From: an uncultured Chloroflexia bacterium
GTDB taxonomy: Bacteria > Chloroflexota > Dehalococcoidia > UBA2979
DNA length: 64,000 nt
NCBI GenBank assembly: GCA_963728205.1
Contig: CAVSIV010000004.1
Span: 1-64,000 of the forward strand
Direction: 5' to 3'
Position numbers and translations under genes: made by a program. Below are positions 62,255 through 64,000 of the stretch, piece by piece. The number at the start of each line of letters is the position of its first letter. Position 1 is the first letter of the stretch. Below the pieces are notes generated by a model, which saw nothing but the letters and a program-made list of their open reading frames with translations, made no database searches and was not told the origin of the DNA.

Positions 62255-62743
62255 CTATTCGCTGATCGCGGGGGCGGCCGCGCGTCGAGGCAGCTCGACG
62301 ACGGCCGTGCCCTGCACGGGCCGCTCGCCGCGCTCGTTCTCGAAGAACACGTCGAGCGTGGCCAGCGGCTCGCCCGTCGAGTCGTCCGCGTCCGTCACCA
62401 GCGCCACCGCGCGGAGCTTGTCGTCGTGCATCACCGGGCGGCGGAAGCTCGCGTCGATGCTGTGCAGGTGCCCCATCGCCCCCATCCAGTCGGTCACGAG
62501 CCGCGTGATCAGCGCCATGCTCATGTTGCCGGGCACGATCGGCCGGGCGAGGCCGAGCTGCTTCGCGAGGGCCTCGTCCTGGAACCGGCCGTCGCCGGGA
62601 CCGCGGCGCCCCTGCCGGTCGGGCCCCGTCATGTTGTGCAGATCCATGAACTCTTCGACATCGGCCTTCGTCGGCTGCAGCTCGATCGCGAACTCGTCGC
62701 CGGGCCACACGTCCTCGTAGTAGCGCTGCGTCTGTTGCGTCAT
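62255..62743 (-). CDS. MaoC-like hotdog-fold dehydratase subunit
   Basis: RYYEDVWPGD, AKQLGLARPIVPG, VTDWMG, FRRPV, NERGE...GTAVVELP. Confidence 0.82.
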   Translation of the reverse strand: MTQQTQRYYEDVWPGDEFAIELQPTKADVEEFMDLHNMTGPDRQGRRGPGDGRFQDEALAKQLGLARPIVPGNMSMALITRLVTDWMGAMGHLHSIDASFRRPVMHDDKLRAVALVTDADDSTGEPLATLDVFFENERGERPVQGTAVVELPRRAAAPAISE

Positions 62744-62766
62744 CGTCTTCGTCTCCCCCACCCGAC

Positions 62767-63984
62767 CTATTCGCGCGGTGCGACCTGGCGGTGCACCAGG
62801 GATGTCTCGTGCGCCGCGACGTCCTCGCCGCGCTGGTTCGCGAAGCGCGTCCGGTTCACGACGAAGACCATGCGGCCGCTGCGGCCGGTCTTCTCGTAGA
62901 CCTCCTTCACCGACGCGAAGGCGGTGATGGTGTCGCCCGGCCGCACCGGCGCGTACGCCTCGAGGCGCGTGCCGGCCATGAACGACGTGTTGCCGTAGTG
63001 CACCTTCGCGTCGGGTCCGCGGCCCTGGATCAGCGCGTTCAGCAGACCGGTCGGCGCGATGATCCCGCCGTACGGGCCGGCCTTCGCCGCGGCCTCGTCG
63101 GTGTAGAGCGGGTTTGTCTCGCCCACCGACTCGCAGTACGCGGCGATCTGCTCGTGCGTGATCTCCGCGGAGCCGATCTGCTGCTCCACGCCGATCACGC
63201 TGCGGTCGTAGTCGACCTCGCCGCCCTCGTGGTGCGCGATCTCGAGGTCCGACCGTCGCGCGAGCAGGCGCCGCGAGCGCTCGCGGATCTCCTCGTCGTC
63301 GTGCGTCTCCTCGACGGCCACCGCGCGCATGTTGCCCGCCCGCAGCTGCTCCACCAGCGCCTCGATGCTGCGCGCCGGCTCCGGGAACGCGGTCAGGCAG
63401 CGCGCGACGCCGCTCACGAAGTGCGCGTCGCTCCCACCGACCACCTTCAGCCCGTGCGCCTCCGCCAGCTCGATGCCGATGCCGTTCTCGGCGTCGCTGC
63501 TGCCGCCGTTGAGCGCCTCCACAATCTCGATGCCGTCGAGCGACACCCCGCGCTGCTCGAAGTGCTCGGCGAGCCCGATGCGCGGCCGCCCGGCGTGCGC
63601 GCCGACCGCGATCCCGCCGTGCTCGCGCGCCGCGCGGAACACGTCCTGGTACGGGAGCGCCACGTTCTTCAGATCGAACTCGCGATAGAAGCCGTCGCCG
63701 ACGCCGTAGACGAGCACGTGCCCGACGTCGGTCTCCACCTCGACGCCGCGCAGGATCACGACGCCGTACTGGTCGGCCAGCGCCGAGTAGTCGCGCTTCG
63801 CGTCGAAGTTGCGGTGCTCGGTGAGCACGAAGCCGTCGATGCGATAGCCGAAGCGCCGCCTGCCGGTGATCCACCGCAGGTAGCCCTCCACGGTGGCGCC
63901 GGCGTCGTCGGAGCCATCGGCGGAGTGGGTGTGCAGATCCAGGTAGCAGTAGTCGCCGGGGTTCGATTCCAGGGGCTGTGTGAT
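62767..63984 (-). CDS. PHP domain fused to a MaoC-like (N-terminal type) hotdog domain
   Basis: DLHTHS..SDD, LTEH, GVEV...GH, AH, GGSDAH, then YCESVGETNPLY...IAP...VRPGD...GRSGRM. Frame is open to the window edge; possible ATC start at 63984 after GAAGGA. Confidence 0.8.
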   Translation of the reverse strand: MTQPLESNPGDYCYLDLHTHSADGSDDAGATVEGYLRWITGRRRFGYRIDGFVLTEHRNFDAKRDYSALADQYGVVILRGVEVETDVGHVLVYGVGDGFYREFDLKNVALPYQDVFRAAREHGGIAVGAHAGRPRIGLAEHFEQRGVSLDGIEIVEALNGGSSDAENGIGIELAEAHGLKVVGGSDAHFVSGVARCLTAFPEPARSIEALVEQLRAGNMRAVAVEETHDDEEIRERSRRLLARRSDLEIAHHEGGEVDYDRSVIGVEQQIGSAEITHEQIAAYCESVGETNPLYTDEAAAKAGPYGGIIAPTGLLNALIQGRGPDAKVHYGNTSFMAGTRLEAYAPVRPGDTITAFASVKEVYEKTGRSGRMVFVVNRTRFANQRGEDVAAHETSLVHRQVAPRE

Positions 63985-64000
63985 GGTCGGGTCCTTCCCG

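Overview
Very high-GC, gene-dense bacterial chromosomal window. Gene content suggests Chloroflexota/Dehalococcoidia (Tepidiforma- or SAR202-like); this is inference from the many CaiB CoA-transferases, crotonases, LLM/PNPOx enzymes, an orphan xanthine-dehydrogenase large subunit plus MoaD, and an N-terminal LuxR-TM protein. About 55 CDS, mostly catabolic or housekeeping. I recognised no rRNA, tRNA, transposase, prophage or CRISPR-cas. Nine genes carry single-base frameshifts, most likely long-read assembly errors. Highlights: (1) a hidden selenoprotein (DsbA/FrnE-like, U-P-W-C, in-frame TGA plus SECIS-like hairpin, 59317-59967) missed by the ORF track; (2) a tandem array of three Rieske-fold membrane proteins, one cysteine-free with both cluster Cys replaced by Asp, followed by a membrane-anchored LuxR protein with a duplicated extracytoplasmic domain; (3) a heliorhodopsin sharing overlapping divergent promoters with a TIGR01777-SRPBCC operon; (4) a c-di-AMP (ydaO-yuaA) riboswitch upstream of a SulP transporter; (5) an intergenic palindromic repeat family of about 22 copies, including a 9 x 52-bp tandem array; (6) a catalytically degenerate endonuclease V coupled to DUF72, a sensor with DHp but no ATPase domain, a PHP-MaoC fusion, and several apparently leaderless genes.
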